Positions 1 to 14,133 of a stretch of DNA of 64,000 bases are shown here, in pieces (position 1 is the stretch's first letter; every line of letters starts with the position of its first letter). The notes beneath the pieces were generated by a model. It was not told the DNA's origin. It did no database searches and saw nothing but the letters and a program-made list of their open reading frames with translations. Position numbers and translations under genes: made by a program. This DNA is from Psilocybe cubensis (lineage: Eukaryota), in the NCBI GenBank assembly GCA_017499595.2, contig CM039000.1, forward strand, positions 2,976,001-3,040,000, written 5' to 3'.

Positions 1-42
1 TACCTGCGATAAACTACTACAGTTCCTTACAGAGTTCCTAGT

Positions 43-1670
43 TCAGAACTCTTCTCTTCGATCGACACTCTCAATCACAGATGTCGATACATCGATCTCT
101 TCTTGCCACAACTTCGTTATAAACGACCGAGAAGACGCCAACCATTCAGGAGAACCATCCGTTATGTCAATCGCGGCTGTTTTGGAAAGCCCTTCTACAG
201 CGTCATTAACTATGCATGTACAAATCATTTTGAGAGTCTCCCTCCAGTTGAGTTCATTCTCTTCCGAAATAATGTATCTTCTTCCATGAATAGTGTCTCG
301 CCAAACTTGAAGCAAAGCATCAACATTTGAAGGTATCCGTGCGGTCGTTGTTGGCAAAAGATCATACAGCCTCAAGGCTGTTATTAGTCGATATGAAGGG
401 TGCGCAGGAGCAGGCGAAGAATGCAGTGTCCAATCGCTAAATTCAGGTCAATGTTAAGAATGTCGATGCAGGCAGATTAAGGAAAATATGCTGAGTATGC
501 TTACCCCCAGTATCCTTCCTCGACCAGGAGGTCCTTCATCCACGAGCCTACATCACCTCGCCTGGAAAATAGATCTTCTATCACTCCTTCTAAGTCAATC
601 TGACCTCCAGGGGTATCGTCATCCTGCTCTGTGGCATGTAGATGGCTAACAAATCCGTACTCGGAAAAGAGTGTTGCGTTGGAATGCAATCCATATCGCA
701 GGTATAATTCTTCCGTTTGACCAGTAACATCGGACGGTGATAGAAGCACAAAATTATCTCCGAATTTTCTGCTGGCTGATGGGCCTGTGTCCCAAAGTTC
801 TGCCCTCGTTGGCTCTGGTATTGTGTAAGGAGGTTTCGTCGTGTGGTTAGCGAAATCGAGAATAGGACATAATGTCATATTGTCGCCATCAGTGCGTTTT
901 TTTGCTAGTCGATGGTAAACACATCGAGTATTAACTGTATCGTTGTTATCAACCACTGCTGACAGGAAATGTAACTATTCAAACCATTTAACCATCCCCA
1001 AAGAAAGTCTTCTTCCGCTTCAACATCTTTCTTTTGATGAAGTAGCGAAGGGTTATCAGTCTTGACTCTGTAATTAGCAAGCTTCTACCACAGACAAGGT
1101 CATGACTAACTAAATAATCCTGTGTCCGTTTCCAATCTTGCTCGAACAAGCCCGTTATTTTTTCAAGCTTCTCAAGGATTCGATGAGGCAAAACGCTTGC
1201 AAGATGATGATCCAAAGACAATATATCGGGGTTGCGTCTTTTCTTCCAAAGCCAAGTCAATGGGTGGGAGTCAAAATTTTCTGGCAAAACTGATATGTAT
1301 GGTCCAAAGAGAGGATCAGAGCAATGTCCATTCACAGGCCTGTTCAGCATAAGATGCAGAGAAACAGCTTGTGTGCATGTCAACCTGGGTCGCGTAGATG
1401 GGTAATGAGGAGCTAAAGTCAAATGGTTCAACAGGGCCTGCGCCGGAATAGAAAACAGTGGAGTCGATGGTTGGATTGTCCGCAAGGAAAATAAACCATA
1501 TCCGGCGCCTAAGATTGGTACAGAAATTGGCGGTAGATTTCGAAGAATCCAGTTGGCAACTAACCAGGACTGGAACGCGCTACAACTGGCAGCTTATCGA
1601 GAGAAACATCCATGCCATGGACCTCTGAAAGCCATTGAAGGAGAGCATTCCACCGTGGATGGACGTTCAT
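43..1670 (-). CDS. SET-domain protein lysine methyltransferase (Rkm/SETD4-like), spliced
   Basis: ATG at 1670 (MNVHPRWNALLQWL..). Spliced exons give AGYGLF, LCPILDFANH and EELYLRYGLHSNATLFSEYGF SET motifs (ORFs 988-1485, 501-956, 43-375). Confidence 0.85.
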
Positions 1671-1860
1671 TGTGAAGGATGATTTTAGTTACCTAATCCG
1701 GCTTGGTCAAATGGCGGACCGATCACGTCTCGATCGCGAAGTATGGTTGGAGGTGGTTTCTAACGCAGATAAGGGCCCGGCACTCCCACAAGCTCAGATT
1801 AACGCGTCTTTGTGAACCCACACTCTTCTTCTTACTAACCACATCTACTAACCACCCAAA

Positions 1861-3012
1861 ATGTCCGTCTTCAATGCTACTCGACTCATCGGAAAGACTG
1901 TGCTCATTACAGGGGCGAGCAGCGGCATCGGAGCGGTTAGTCTGTCCTACTAAACTAATTTCCTCCCTCATCTAATCGCCCTATACAGGCAACTGCCGTG
2001 CTTTTTGCAAAGGTAAAGGCCCACGCCATATATCCCCTTTACTTCTGTTCAAAACTTTGGTTAGGGTGGCGCCAACGTCATTCTTCTCGCCAGGAGAGCA
2101 GACGCGCTTGCAAAAGTCGCCGAACAATGCGTTGCTGCCCATAAGGAGTCCGGCTTGCAACAGGGTGGTAAATTCGCATCTGTTCAGCTAGATGTATCCG
2201 ATAAGAAACAGATCGCGGATCTGTGGACAAAGGTCCCTCAAGAACTTCGCGACGTCGACATTCTCGGTACGCGTTTATCAAATATAGGGGTGTCGCTCAG
2301 TTGATGAACAACTATTTTGACCAGTCAATAACGCTGGCTTCGTCAAGGGTCTGGAGCACGTCGGAGACATAAACGAACAAGAAGTTGAAGAAATGTTTGC
2401 CACCAACGTTCTGGGTCTCATTTCAATGACACAACTTCTTGTCCGAGGTATGAAGCTGCCTTAACTCAAAGGGTGCAACAAATTCAAGCGTGTAATATTT
2501 TTCAGACTTCAAGAAGAAGCAATCAGGCCATGTCATTAACTTGGGCTCGATCGCTGGCATTGAACCCTATGCAGGGGGCAGCATTTACACCGCAACCAAG
2601 CATGCAGTCAACGCCTTTTCAGGCTCACTCTTGCGCGAACTCGTGAACACACCCATACGTGTCACAGAAATTCAACCAGGCAAGATGCACGGATGGTCAA
2701 CATCCAATGACCTTCGCTGATGTACATTTCTTACAGGCATGGTTGAGACCGAGTTTTCCATTGTGCGATTCCGTGGAAATGTAGATGCCGCCAAGAAAGT
2801 TTATGAGGGTCTTGAGCCACGTAAGTTGTATAAAGCGTCCAGCATCATTGACAATTGTACTGACACATGACGATTCAGTGACTGGACAAGATATTGCTGA
2901 GGAAATCGTTTGGGCTGCTGCTCGACCCCCTCACGTCAACATCGCGCAGGTGCTCGTATTCCCAGTTAACCAAGCTAGTGCAGGTATCAAGTACACCGGA
3001 CCTCCGAAGTAA
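1861..3012 (+). CDS. Short-chain dehydrogenase/reductase, YdfG/YMR226C-like NADP-dependent 3-hydroxy acid dehydrogenase
   Basis: MSVFNATRLIGKTVLITGASSGIG (TGxxxGxG), NNAG, catalytic YTATK, IQPGMVETEFSIVRFRG; several short introns. Confidence 0.9.
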
Positions 3013-3227
3013 GAAGATACCACACACACCCAATTGTAACTGTAGTGTTCAAATCTAGCCACGCTTGGTGTCATAGGATGTCACGAAAAGCTGCGTTATA
3101 AGAATATGTTCATTACACATCGATAAGTTGTATGGTGCATGATAGCCTGTGCAAAAAAATATGCGCGTACTAGTAAAGACAGGTAAATGAAGCAGAAATC
3201 AGACCCTTCCCCCCACGGAAATCTGGA

Positions 3228-6200
3228 TTACAGATGTAGCATCCTGCAAAGCAACCCTTGCATAGGATGTCTATTTCTTCTTTTTTGCCCGTGTGTTCTT
3301 GACAACAATTTCGGGTTCGATGACATCACTGTCATAAACAATTTTCTTGACTGTGATGTTTTCTTGTACCAAATCGGTGAGTGGGGTATCTGCATGGGGC
3401 AAGTTTCCTAGAGTGTCCAGTCGTAGAGCCTGCCAAAAGTGACACTGTCAGAAAACCCAACAATGAAAACATAAAGATAAACAACCTTAGCCGTAGGAGC
3501 CAGAATACCCTTTAAAGACACATTTTCCTTGGTTGTTTGTCGACTTCCAAGCTGCACTTCATCCAGATAAACCGTCGTAAAGAGTCCACGATCCCATTTC
3601 ACTCTCCTCTTCGGTGGCTCAGGTTCCTCTTCTTCAGGATCGCCAAAGAGCCGTGTCCGCTTGAGGTGTTTGAGAGGTCTCTCCGGCGTCACATAGTCTT
3701 CCTCATCCCCTGCCCCTCTTTGATGCTTCACCTGCTGCTCTTCATCCGCACCATGCTCCTCCCCTAGGCTCGAATATCCAACATCGCTAGATCCTTCCAT
3801 ATCTTCATCTAATAGCTCGCCGCTTCGTCTAGATCGGCGCTGCGCCCTCTCCGCTCTCTGCTTTTCCCTCTCATCCTGCTGCCGCTGCAAAACAGTACGT
3901 ACTTTCATAGCCGGACTTTCCGGTCGAATCCCCTCTCTGCGAACAACCTCAGTCTCCAGCTTCGCAGCCAGATACTTTTGATTGTGCACAGTGTTAGACG
4001 TCGTCAGATCTTTGAGAGCCGTGATACTCATCCCGGAGAACACATCATCAGACCGGAAGGCTGGAGGCTTCCGTCGACTGCTGGCAGTCGACCGCGAGTT
4101 ACCTTCACCAAAGACATCAATAGCAGTAGTAGTAGTCCTCCGCGACCGAGTCGTTCGCCGCAAACCAGAAGTAGGAGGATCGATGCTAGAATAGTCGGTG
4201 ACAGTGACAATAGGAGTGGGTGTTACAACGACCGTCTCGGAGGTGGCATTTTCTCCCATTGGTACAGATTCGGGTTCCAGTGAGGCCGGCTCAGGTGGGG
4301 AACTAGGTAATAGCTCATCAACTTCCATATCTTGGGGAGGCGAAGGGTCTTTAATCGGTGCTAATTGTCCATTTACCGCCCGCGGTGGGTTGACAACTAT
4401 TGTAGGCAGTTCAACTTCGTGTTCTGGTGGCACCACTGGAGGTGGAGGTGGCGTTACTTGTCGCGTAACAGGTGGTTCAGGGTCCATCACTCGGCGAATT
4501 CGTAAAGGTCCTTGCGATGGCTTTTTAGATTTCGCGGGAACAGAAGGGGCAGCGCTTGGAATCGACGCTTGGGTCGGCGTGCTCGTAGATGGTTCGTTGG
4601 CCGCCGCGGTTACTACGGGGGGTACTCTGCGAATTATGACCACACGAGGTTTAGGCGGAGAAACCTTCTCTGCTTCTCTCTTTCTCTTCAGGACAGTTGC
4701 AGATGTAGCAGTAGCAGGCTTGGTCTTCGAACTACTAACCACTGTGCTTTTTGTAGAATCAGGCACACGAACGCTTCTGCGTGCATTCTCTACGATTGAA
4801 GGTTTCGGTGGAGGCTGTGAAAGGTAAAAATGATTGGTTAACAAGAAAACCTCATAATTGAGAGAATTTACCTTGGTCAAATCGACTATCCGTGGGGTGG
4901 TGGTTGAAGTGGCCTTGGCTGTTGATTTCGTATCACCAGAACGAGCATAAGGTTTGGCACCAATCCTAGGTATTCTGCTTGTGGGTTGTTTAAGATTCGA
5001 TTTAAGCGGACTAGATTTGGGTTTATTGGCTTCATCCTGGGCAAGCGCTTGAGCTACTGATGGAACCGATACAGTTTGCGTTTCTGAAGGAACCAAAGGA
5101 AATGGCAGTTTGGCAACAACTGTCGTTGGCCTTTTGAGAACCGGAGCCGCCTTTTCTTTACCTTTAATAGATTCACCGAGTCTGAGAGGTGGTTCAGCTG
5201 AACGTTCCCTCTGTTTAGGCAACGTTCTGACCGGACTAGCTAGTCGAGGTGCATTCGATTTCGAAGTCGACGGCTGAGTGTCATCTTTAACAAAAACACG
5301 CCTCGCCGGCGTTGGAACGAATGCAAGAGGGGCGGCTGGTGGTTTATAACCCAATTGAGCTGCCTTTTCAGGAGAAATATAGCCTTGAGCAATGCCTTCG
5401 GAAATTGGAATGCGGCGGGCGGGAGTGACGGTTGGATCATTTAGGGAGGGAGTCTGTATTCGGAATTTGTTCGGGGAAGTTTGGGCTTTCGATGGGCTCA
5501 CGAAACGGATAGGACCAGTATTACGAATTGGAGTACTCGGCCCAGCAGTTTCCGGTGGGACAAACACAGAGAAAGAAAGGGTCGGTTGGGATGGTTCAAT
5601 GGTTGCTAAATCACTAGCAGGAGCTGCAGCAGCAACATCAGTTGCTGTTGAGTCATCACCTGCACTGAAAGCCAATGTGGAAAGGACATTAGATGAGGTA
5701 GGAGAAAGGGAGCCAAGTTCTCGCTGAAAAGAGAGGGGCACCTTCCCTGGACTGCGATGCCTAACTCGTGCAGCCACAGGTGTAGTTCGGGGCTGAGGTT
5801 CATCTTCGTCTTGAGAGTCAGCAATGATCTCCTCTTTCGGGTCTACTGCTACAGACTTCCTTCTGACCTTTGTTCGCGCTATAGAAGGAGGAGATGGGAT
5901 GGGAGCAATTGGAGCAGGGGGATTCGGTGTAATACTTTTGCGAGGACGCGTCGAGCGACGTAGCGGAGTCGTGGAACCCTCACCTACTCCCATCATTTGC
6001 GTCGAATCCACATCGTCAGTTAGATTGCCTTGTAGTGATTGGGTTAACAATGTAGTTGGAGCCTCTCCGAGCTTCGGAGTTGGTGTTTGATTCACATCTT
6101 CAACGAGAATGTCTTGTTGTGGTTGGAGATCTCCAGACGTAGAACCCACTGTGAATTCAGGTAACATTTCAATCCCTGTATCGATCAGGTTTGCATTGTC

Positions 6201-7148
6201 AACGGCCATTGGTGAGCCCGCATCCTGGGCGCTATGTTCATGTGTTTGAATTAGCACGGTTGGAATGGTGACTTGAGAAGCCATGAGAATTTTTCCGGGA
6301 CTTGGAGACTGTGCCAATAAGTCGTCCACGGAGAGCACAACAGAAGGCAGAATGGTTACTGTGGGATCACTCACATTGCCAGAAGCAGTATCCTGCTTAG
6401 GCGGCGTCATGAATGAGTCAAAAGATATCAGATTCCCCTCAGCTGCTGCTTCATTGGTCAAGTCCACCGGAACGTCAGAGGGCAATGGCGGTTGACTAGG
6501 TTGAAAATTAGTGGGAGGATTGTACAGAGGATTCTCATCATCCTCTTCGGTCTTGTCATTGATCGTGAGGGACATTAGGTCCGCTTGGTAGTCGGTAGAT
6601 ACCTCTGGGACGGTCGTGTGATATGGGTCAAATAAACTTAATGCTGCGGGTGGACTTGGAGGGGGCGAAGGGTTATCAAGTGCATGTAGAACTTTATCAG
6701 CGAGTGCGGAGGATGGTTCTGCAAGGAGGTTCTATACGATTATTGCAAGTAAATAATTGTTGCATTTCTACTCACCATCAACAAAAACTTCGCCGTTCTG
6801 TGGAGTACCTGAACCTGAGGTAGGCATGCTTTCATCCTCATCCTCCGACTCGCGAACTAGTTGTGCAACCCGTTCAATATCATCCAAGTCTTCACGTGTG
6901 GGTTGCACATCGGTTGGCGTGGCCGATCTTGGTCTGGGGCTAGATAGCCTCGGAGAGCGGCGGAGAGAGGAGTTGGATGGGGGAGGGAAGAGACGCTTGG
7001 AGGCCGCAGCGGCGGCAAACTTGCGCTCTGGTGTCTTAAGAGGGCCGAAATAGATGCGAGCCGATTCGGTGTTGTAAGAATCACTATCAGAATCGGATGA
7101 GGGGGAGGGAGACGGGGCCCTAGCGGATATGTCCATGGCTGAATCCAT
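3228..7148 (-). CDS. Large low-complexity S/P/T-rich uncharacterised protein (~1200 aa)
   Basis: ORFs 6768-7148 and 3408-6575 joined by GT-AG introns. The final exon reads ALRLDTLGNLPH..RMLHL* and ends at 3228. Confidence 0.8.
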
Positions 7149-7398
7149 GAGGGAATAATAGAAACTCTAGTAGCCAAGTGGTGAGGAGTACATAGACTTG
7201 TTGTTGTACAGACTGTCCGGTGGAGAACCCAAGCAAGAGGAAATGCTCTGAAAACGAGGCAACGAGGGATAGGCACAAGTTCGAACAATCAGAATCTCGG
7301 CGCGACATGTCACAAACCAAACAACACGTATCCACGTGACATGGGGTGTACACAACAAACGTAACAATTGAATGCTGTCACAAGCTATAAATATGTTC

Positions 7399-9140
7399 TT
7401 AACATGACATATTTTCGTTACCACTTCCTGCAAGACATCTCCGAATCCTAGCTAACTTCTCTTCACAATTTTCAAATTTAGCTTGCAACTGTGGTAAGTG
7501 AGAAGTCAAATTTCTGGCTCCGTGCATCTGATATTTCTGAATCAGGACCAACCGTTTTATTTTCTTCCGTCAAAAAGGCAATCTTCTCCTCTTGACTTTT
7601 AACCTTGAGTCTCAACTGCTCAATCGTGGAGCATTGCTCCAATTCATTATCCTCTGGGTCCTGCTTCTGTTCTTGCTGTGTAATTGAAAGACTCGGAGTA
7701 CCCGTTCCTTGCCGTCTGTTGATCTGAAAGGCCCCGTTGTTTACGCTTGGACTTTCCTCGATAACATGTGCAATCCTCGTGTCATTGTCATCCCTCGGTT
7801 GCGGATCGACAAAATCCTCTGTATCGACTCTCTTCCGTTTCTTGGAGACTTCTCCAATTGTTGTAATTCCTCGCATCATCTCATTAGTCAACGCGAGATG
7901 CAAGTGCTGGTCAATGGCTCGCTTTGTCTCTTCCGACAGTATATTGATCATCTCCTCCCAAATAATCGTACAATCCTCATCGTTCTTTTCAATCAAACTC
8001 TGACAATCCCTTCGCGTTACCATCGAGCGAGCTAACTGCGAAGCGACCACGTCATCAGCGGAGACACTGATGTTTGTTAATCTGGCCGAAATTTTTCGGT
8101 AATTTTCAATTTTCTGTTCTTCTTTCTTTTGGATTTCACAGAACTGGTCAGACTCCCTAGATAAACTAAAATCGGTCAGATTCACTGATCGTTATATCAA
8201 ATAAAGGCAAACCTTGCGAGCTTTCTCAATAGATGTGCAATTTTGCCTGGTCCACGGTCGTGAGCTAGTGCCACATCGATGGACTGTCTGGAGGCAAGCT
8301 TATCTGCGATCAGATAACTCTCATCTATTTGACTAGTCCCGGTAACTTCTCGTAGGCCCGTTAAAGTTTCCTTGACACTTAAAGATATAGACTTGGATTT
8401 CTCTTCAACAGTTTTGACGTTCTAAATGGATCATACAAACGTCTGCTGTCGACAAACACAATCGGAACTGGAGACGCATTTGCACAAACCTTGTCATTAT
8501 GTATAGACCCTGTGCTATGGTTCTCGCTATGGTTATTTTTACATTGGTTAATACGCATACACGCAGTGAGTGCATGCCTGGACATACCTATCTACGTAGC
8601 CCTTAGATCTATCTTGGCTATTATCTTTGCTCCTTGACCGTCTACTGACAGAACTGGCCCTGGGAGCATACAAGTCTCTAGAATAACTTTCGTTTCTCCT
8701 TTCATGTTGTCTGCTGAAAAACTCTGTTTTTCTGCTTCGATGGAATAGATCCGAATCCGAATCCCGAGGTACCACTTTATATGACTTCTTGTTTGCTTTG
8801 CTATCTGCTGGAGAGAAACAAACTCAGCACCGAACAGTCTTTCAACCCCGTGGTGCTCGTGCAGAAAATACATCACATTTACAGCCCAAACCTTTATCAT
8901 TCGACTTACTTGCCCGAGGCCAGTTGGTGTCCGTTGGATGGATGAAGCTGAATAAGGAATCAATGATAAGCGCCTTCGATTAAACCCGAAGAGTTGACAT
9001 TTCAACGTACCGACAATTATTTCCTTGAACGCAAGGGGTCAAGAGTCGTCCATCACCGCCGTAGTGCTAGAAGAGAACGTTGAAGGTGTGAATATATGCG
9101 AAAAGTAAATACAAACGCGACACGGAATTTTTTTGTACAT
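7399..9140 (-). CDS. Uncharacterised protein with N-terminal CCCH zinc finger, RS-rich segment and C-terminal coiled coil
   Basis: Manual splicing gives MYKKIPCR|HYGGDGRLLTPCVQGNNCR|FIHPTDTNW (C-x12-C-x5-C-x3-H). It continues into ORFs 8548-8775 and 7478-8185; last exon LQAKFENCEEKLARIRR..MSC*. Confidence 0.65.
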
Positions 9141-9653
9141 GCACTCTATTGAAAATTGATAACGACGACGAATGATGACAGGGTCAGCAAGTTGTCAACT
9201 TTTGGTAAATATCCCATTACGTCAGCCAAGGAATTCCCAAAAGCATGTGAAAGTTGTCGGAAAGGCCGCACCGTTTATCCAATTTGGCGTTTACACGTTA
9301 TGGAATCGTCCCAAAACGCAGTCTAAAGGCCACCTAAAGTTCGTATTTGTACCCACACTGATTGTTATACCAATTAAATGGACGGTGTGACCGAAATCAG
9401 ACGCACTTTAGCTGAGAAACAATCACTAGTACGACAGACAAGCGACTCGGTGTCGACAGCTATTACGACGGTGCATAGCGGTACAACTGTCCAGGAAATA
9501 CTCTGTTCCGGTTGACCGCGAGATTTGCACAGGCTCCTCGTCGCTCGATGGAAATAAGATAGTAATCGTCTTGTTAAATACCTTGAATCATCCGTTGGGT
9601 CTTCTTCTTGCTTTCGGGTGGGTCGCTTTGGAACGTGGAAGAGTTATACTTAA

Positions 9654-11436
9654 ATGGGTGCGCTTCTAAGCGTCGTTGTCCTTGTCTTCATGGGCACTCT
9701 CTTCTCGTACGCCCGTGGCTCGTCCTCGAACAACCAGCCTATCGTTCACTTCGACAAGAAGCCTGCGTTTTTGACGGTCAGGAAGAAGGATGGCAGTGGG
9801 GAGACTGAGCAGGTCTCGATAAAGGTTCTGCTGGAAACGAAGTGCAAAAGTCTGTTCAGCGAATTCAACCCACTATGGTGGCTACCCGAGTGAGTACAGG
9901 TGCTCTGTCTAAATTACAACTGACATTCTTATGATCACAGTGGCCATACCCAAACACTTTATTGTGTTTTTGGGAACTTTTCGAAAGTAGACCTCATGTG
10001 GTACCAGCGGTAAGGTGTAGACGAGTCGATCCCTTAACTTGATCTGATCGTCACTATTCTCTTGCAGCACACTGCTGCGATTGTCCGACGGAGGTACAAT
10101 GTATGTCATCAATCACGGTTCTGACACCACACTTGCTAATTCTCCGAAATCACAGTGGCCTTGACTTTGCGCCAGCTGACCACAACAAGAAACTCAAGAA
10201 CGACACACCAATTGTGATAATCCAGCACGGTTTAACAGGAGGTACCGCTTGCTATACCTTTATCTGTCGGACTTTCTCAGATATGTCATGCAGGGTCCTA
10301 CGAACCTTATGTCAGAGCTATCCTCAGCCGTGCCTGCGCACCCGTCGAGGAAGGTGGACTTGGCTATCGTGCAGCCGTCATCAACTTCCGCGGATGTATG
10401 TGACCCTGTTCAAATCATTGTACACCTTCTGACGAATGTGCTGTAGGTGCTGGCGTACCCATTACCAGCCCGCTTTTGTATTCTGCTGGACATACGGATG
10501 ATACCCGCCTGGCTTTGAGATACATCGCCCACAAATACCCAGACGCACCTCTTCTTGCCATCGGTTTCTCACTTGGAGCCAATGTCATAACCAGATATCT
10601 AGCCGAGGAAGGAGAGGACACCAAAATACACGCAGCCTGTGCTCTCGCTTGTGTACGTTAAATTGCTCACTTCTGGGTTTCAATACCTAACCGTCAAAAA
10701 CATCATACAGCCTTGGAATCTAAAAGAAAATAATGACGGGTGCGTGAATACAACTCCATCTATGTAGGACCTTGCTCTAAACACAGATAACTCCAGCCTT
10801 CTGAATTCATTTACGGGAAAACACATCTACTCCAAAGGAATGGGCTCAAACCTCCTGCGGCTCATGAAAAAACACCTGCACTCACTCATCCAGGACCCCA
10901 ACCATTACGTCGCAAAAGCCGCCGACCAGGCTCTCAAGCTGAAGAACCCGACCCTGAACGATTTCGACGACACGTTCACGCGGATCGCAGGTGGGCCCGC
11001 GCCGCACTTCCCCTTCCGCAACGCGGACGAATACTACATCTGGGGCTCGAGCCACAACGTCGTCGACCGCATCCGCGTGCCCTTCCTCGCCATCAACGCG
11101 GCTGACGACCCTGTCGTGCGCAATGTCCCCATGGACGGCGGTGGGAATGGGTTGGTCGTTATGGAGCTTACGACGGGCGGTGGCCATTTGGGTTGGTTCC
11201 AAGCGGGCCCTGGTTATATTGACCGATGGACTACGAAACCTGTTCTGGAATGGCTGTCACTTATGGGAGAAGATGTCGTGCATGACCCTATTCGCAGAGG
11301 CGCCCTCATATACACGGATGCTGATGGGTTCCTGCGGGAGAAGGGCAAGGAGCACCTGGGTTGTAAAGAAATCGAAGGGTCGGGCGCCTTGTTCGACGGT
11401 AACAACGGCGAAGACGGGGTGTTACAAGGATTATAA
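9654..11436 (+). CDS. Alpha/beta hydrolase, EHT1/EEB1/YMR210W (ABHD1-3) family acyltransferase/esterase
   Basis: HGLTGGS, nucleophile GFSLG, AINAADDPV (Asp) and GGHLGWF (His) motifs; hydrophobic N-terminus. Confidence 0.9.
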
Positions 11437-11669
11437 TTTTTTTGGCCCTCAGACGGAAGGTTAAGACAAGACATTACATTATAGATCATAATTAGACTTT
11501 TCACATACAAAAACCAAAACAAAAAAAAAACATGTACAACGACGCAGTAAAATTGCGCTCATAGCACAAAATAAGAAAAACCAAGTTTTTTTTTATACAA
11601 AGATACACAACCAGTGACTGCTTTTTTTCCAAGAAAGGGTTCTCGTAGATTGCTGTGAAAGTTCAAGGA

Positions 11670-14050
11670 CTATAACGCACGATCGAGATCATAGCGTGAA
11701 AAGGACTGTTCGGGGAAGTATCGTGCGCGCACGGAGCGTCCTCCAAAGTACCGGCCGTCGAGCTCGCGGACGGTCTTCCAAGCACCCACTGGTCCTGCAA
11801 ACAAAACGAAAATGCGGACGGCATCTTCAGGATTTGCTGGAGGCGGGTGGACAGCGTGCACTATCACCCACTCAACCGTTCCGTTCTTGGAGCACTCATC
11901 ACCTACAAAATATATATTAGTTTACCTCGACAACAAAAAGAAGGCCAGAAAAGACGATGCACATACCAATTTCTTCGCGCAAATCCTCATCATCAACATC
12001 CTCCGGCCCAACCATATTAGTGAGCACCACAACCCGACTGGGCTCTCCAAAGCGCTCTTTATCCTCCCTCGTCTTCGCATCTTCGTTATTATTGATAATC
12101 TTGCCCATCTTCGAGCCCACACCGATGCCTTTACCCGGGGGCCCATTGTTTTTACCCTTGCCTGACTTGCTGCTGCCGACTTGCTCGACGACAAGAGCGT
12201 TGACGATTCCATCTGCACCAGCACCGAGCCCTTGCCCCTCTTTGTGGCCCCATTTAGCCATAAGCCGTGCTGCGAAACCATGAGGATCCGGTCTATAATC
12301 AAATTCATAAGTCAGATAAAAGAAAAGAAGACAGATAAAATAAATATCGACTTTTTCTCCTCGACAGGTTCTTCTGCAGCGGGAGGAGGAGGAGCGGGGG
12401 ATGAAGACGACGACGACGCGCCGGCAGTTGCGGCTAGCGCACTGAGTTTCGCAGCGATAGCCGCAGCCGCCTTGACCCTTTCCTCGAACGCGTTGGGGAT
12501 AGCACCCGGACCACCCGGAGGCGGAGGTGGAGGAACAGACGGGGGCGCGAACGGGTTATACGCGAGCGCAGGAGGCGATACAGAGCGCGGACGTTCCTGC
12601 TGAGGGGGAGAGACCACAGGTGCAGGTGGGGATACGGCTGCAGCAGGTGGTGGTGGCGGCGGCGCCGGTTGTGGTGGATTATGACGGCTCATCGTCGACA
12701 TGGCCAGCCTGCGGAGGTATGCCTCTTCCCCTGTTTCTGCCTGGGGTGGTGGGTGTGGTGGCTCGTAGTCAAGGGGCCTTGAGGGAGCTGCAGCAGGGGA
12801 GACGGATGGAGGTGGTGAGCGAGGACGGGCTGCTGCAGCAGACATGGCGAGTCGGCGCTGGAAGGCTTCGTCGCCTGTTAAAGCCCTGTCGATTACGACG
12901 GGGGCAGACTCATGAGCTGGGGCATCATGAGCGGATTCAGCACGACCTCTAGACCAGCGGTCATAGGTATCGTATTTGCCTAGAGAAACTGAGAACAGAA
13001 CTACAGCAAAAGTAGGAGTGAATGTACCTGATTTACGAGGTCGCTCGTCGTCGTCTGAGCCACTATATTCAGAGTCCGAATAGCTAGCGCTTCGCCTGGA
13101 CCTCTTCCTCTCTTCCTGCCTGCGCTGCTCCGCCATACGCTCGCGCCTATCAATGCGCTCTTTGGTCCTCCACATCTTATACTCATTATAATCGTTCGGG
13201 CGCATGGGGTCGTACAATTCCATCGGATCCCACGTCGGAAACGCTGGTGCATTCTTATTCTACACAACCACACACACAAAAGGTAAAACATGTCCCAGAG
13301 AAAAAAACGGGCAAAAACGGGGACTCACCTTTTTCCCCTTCGACTTGCCCGACTTCTTCTTTTGCCCCTGATTATTATTCTTGAATCCATTCACGTCCTC
13401 GTCGAGGATCATTGACGGCGGCTTGACCTTCCTGCCCCATCCCTGCGTGCCAGTGGTGGCAGTCGTAGATTCCTGGGACGGCGCAGTCGCAGCGGTCGTC
13501 GAAGTCGCAGTCGCAGTCGAAGTCGCATTGGCGTCCACGAGCACAGGCGGCGCGAACACCACAGCGGTGGACGACAGCCCCGCGACCGCCGCGGCGGGCA
13601 ACACCGCAGCGCCCGCGGGGAGCCTGTTCACCGCCGGCTTCGCCTTGGCCGCCTGGTTCCTGCGCACGGGCGCAAACGCAAGCGCGGCGGACCAAGCTTT
13701 GGGACGTTGCGTGGAAAATGGCAATATCGAGGTTTTTATTTCAATAAACGGGCTCTATGTATTAAAACGGGGAAGGCAGATGGGAAGATACCAGCTGTGG
13801 GTTTTCCGGAGGCTGCTGCTCCTGCCGATGGCGCTGTTGTCATCGTTGGCGGTGCTGCTGAGGTGGTGGGTGGGGCACCGGCGGCAGTTGCATTTTGAGC
13901 GTCTTTGGTTGCTGTTTCGGTAGTTGGTGGTTTCGGTGGTTCAATCGAAGGTGATTTAGAAGGTTCAGCAGAGGAGGGGACGGTAGAGTTGAATACAGAG
14001 CCAGACGAGAACTGGATTCCGCCGTAGAGGCCTCCGGCTCTGCTCGACAT
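11670..14050 (-). CDS. Splicing factor 45 (SPF45/RBM17-like): G-patch plus C-terminal UHM/RRM
   Basis: [15 protein letters not shown]45-type motif, G-patch [42 protein letters not shown]. Confidence 0.9.
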
Positions 14051-14133
14051 CGTGGATAGATGATGGTGTTACAAGGTCAAGAATTGATTATTACAAAATA
14101 TTACAAGTTGTTTGTTTGTTTGTCACAAATTAT

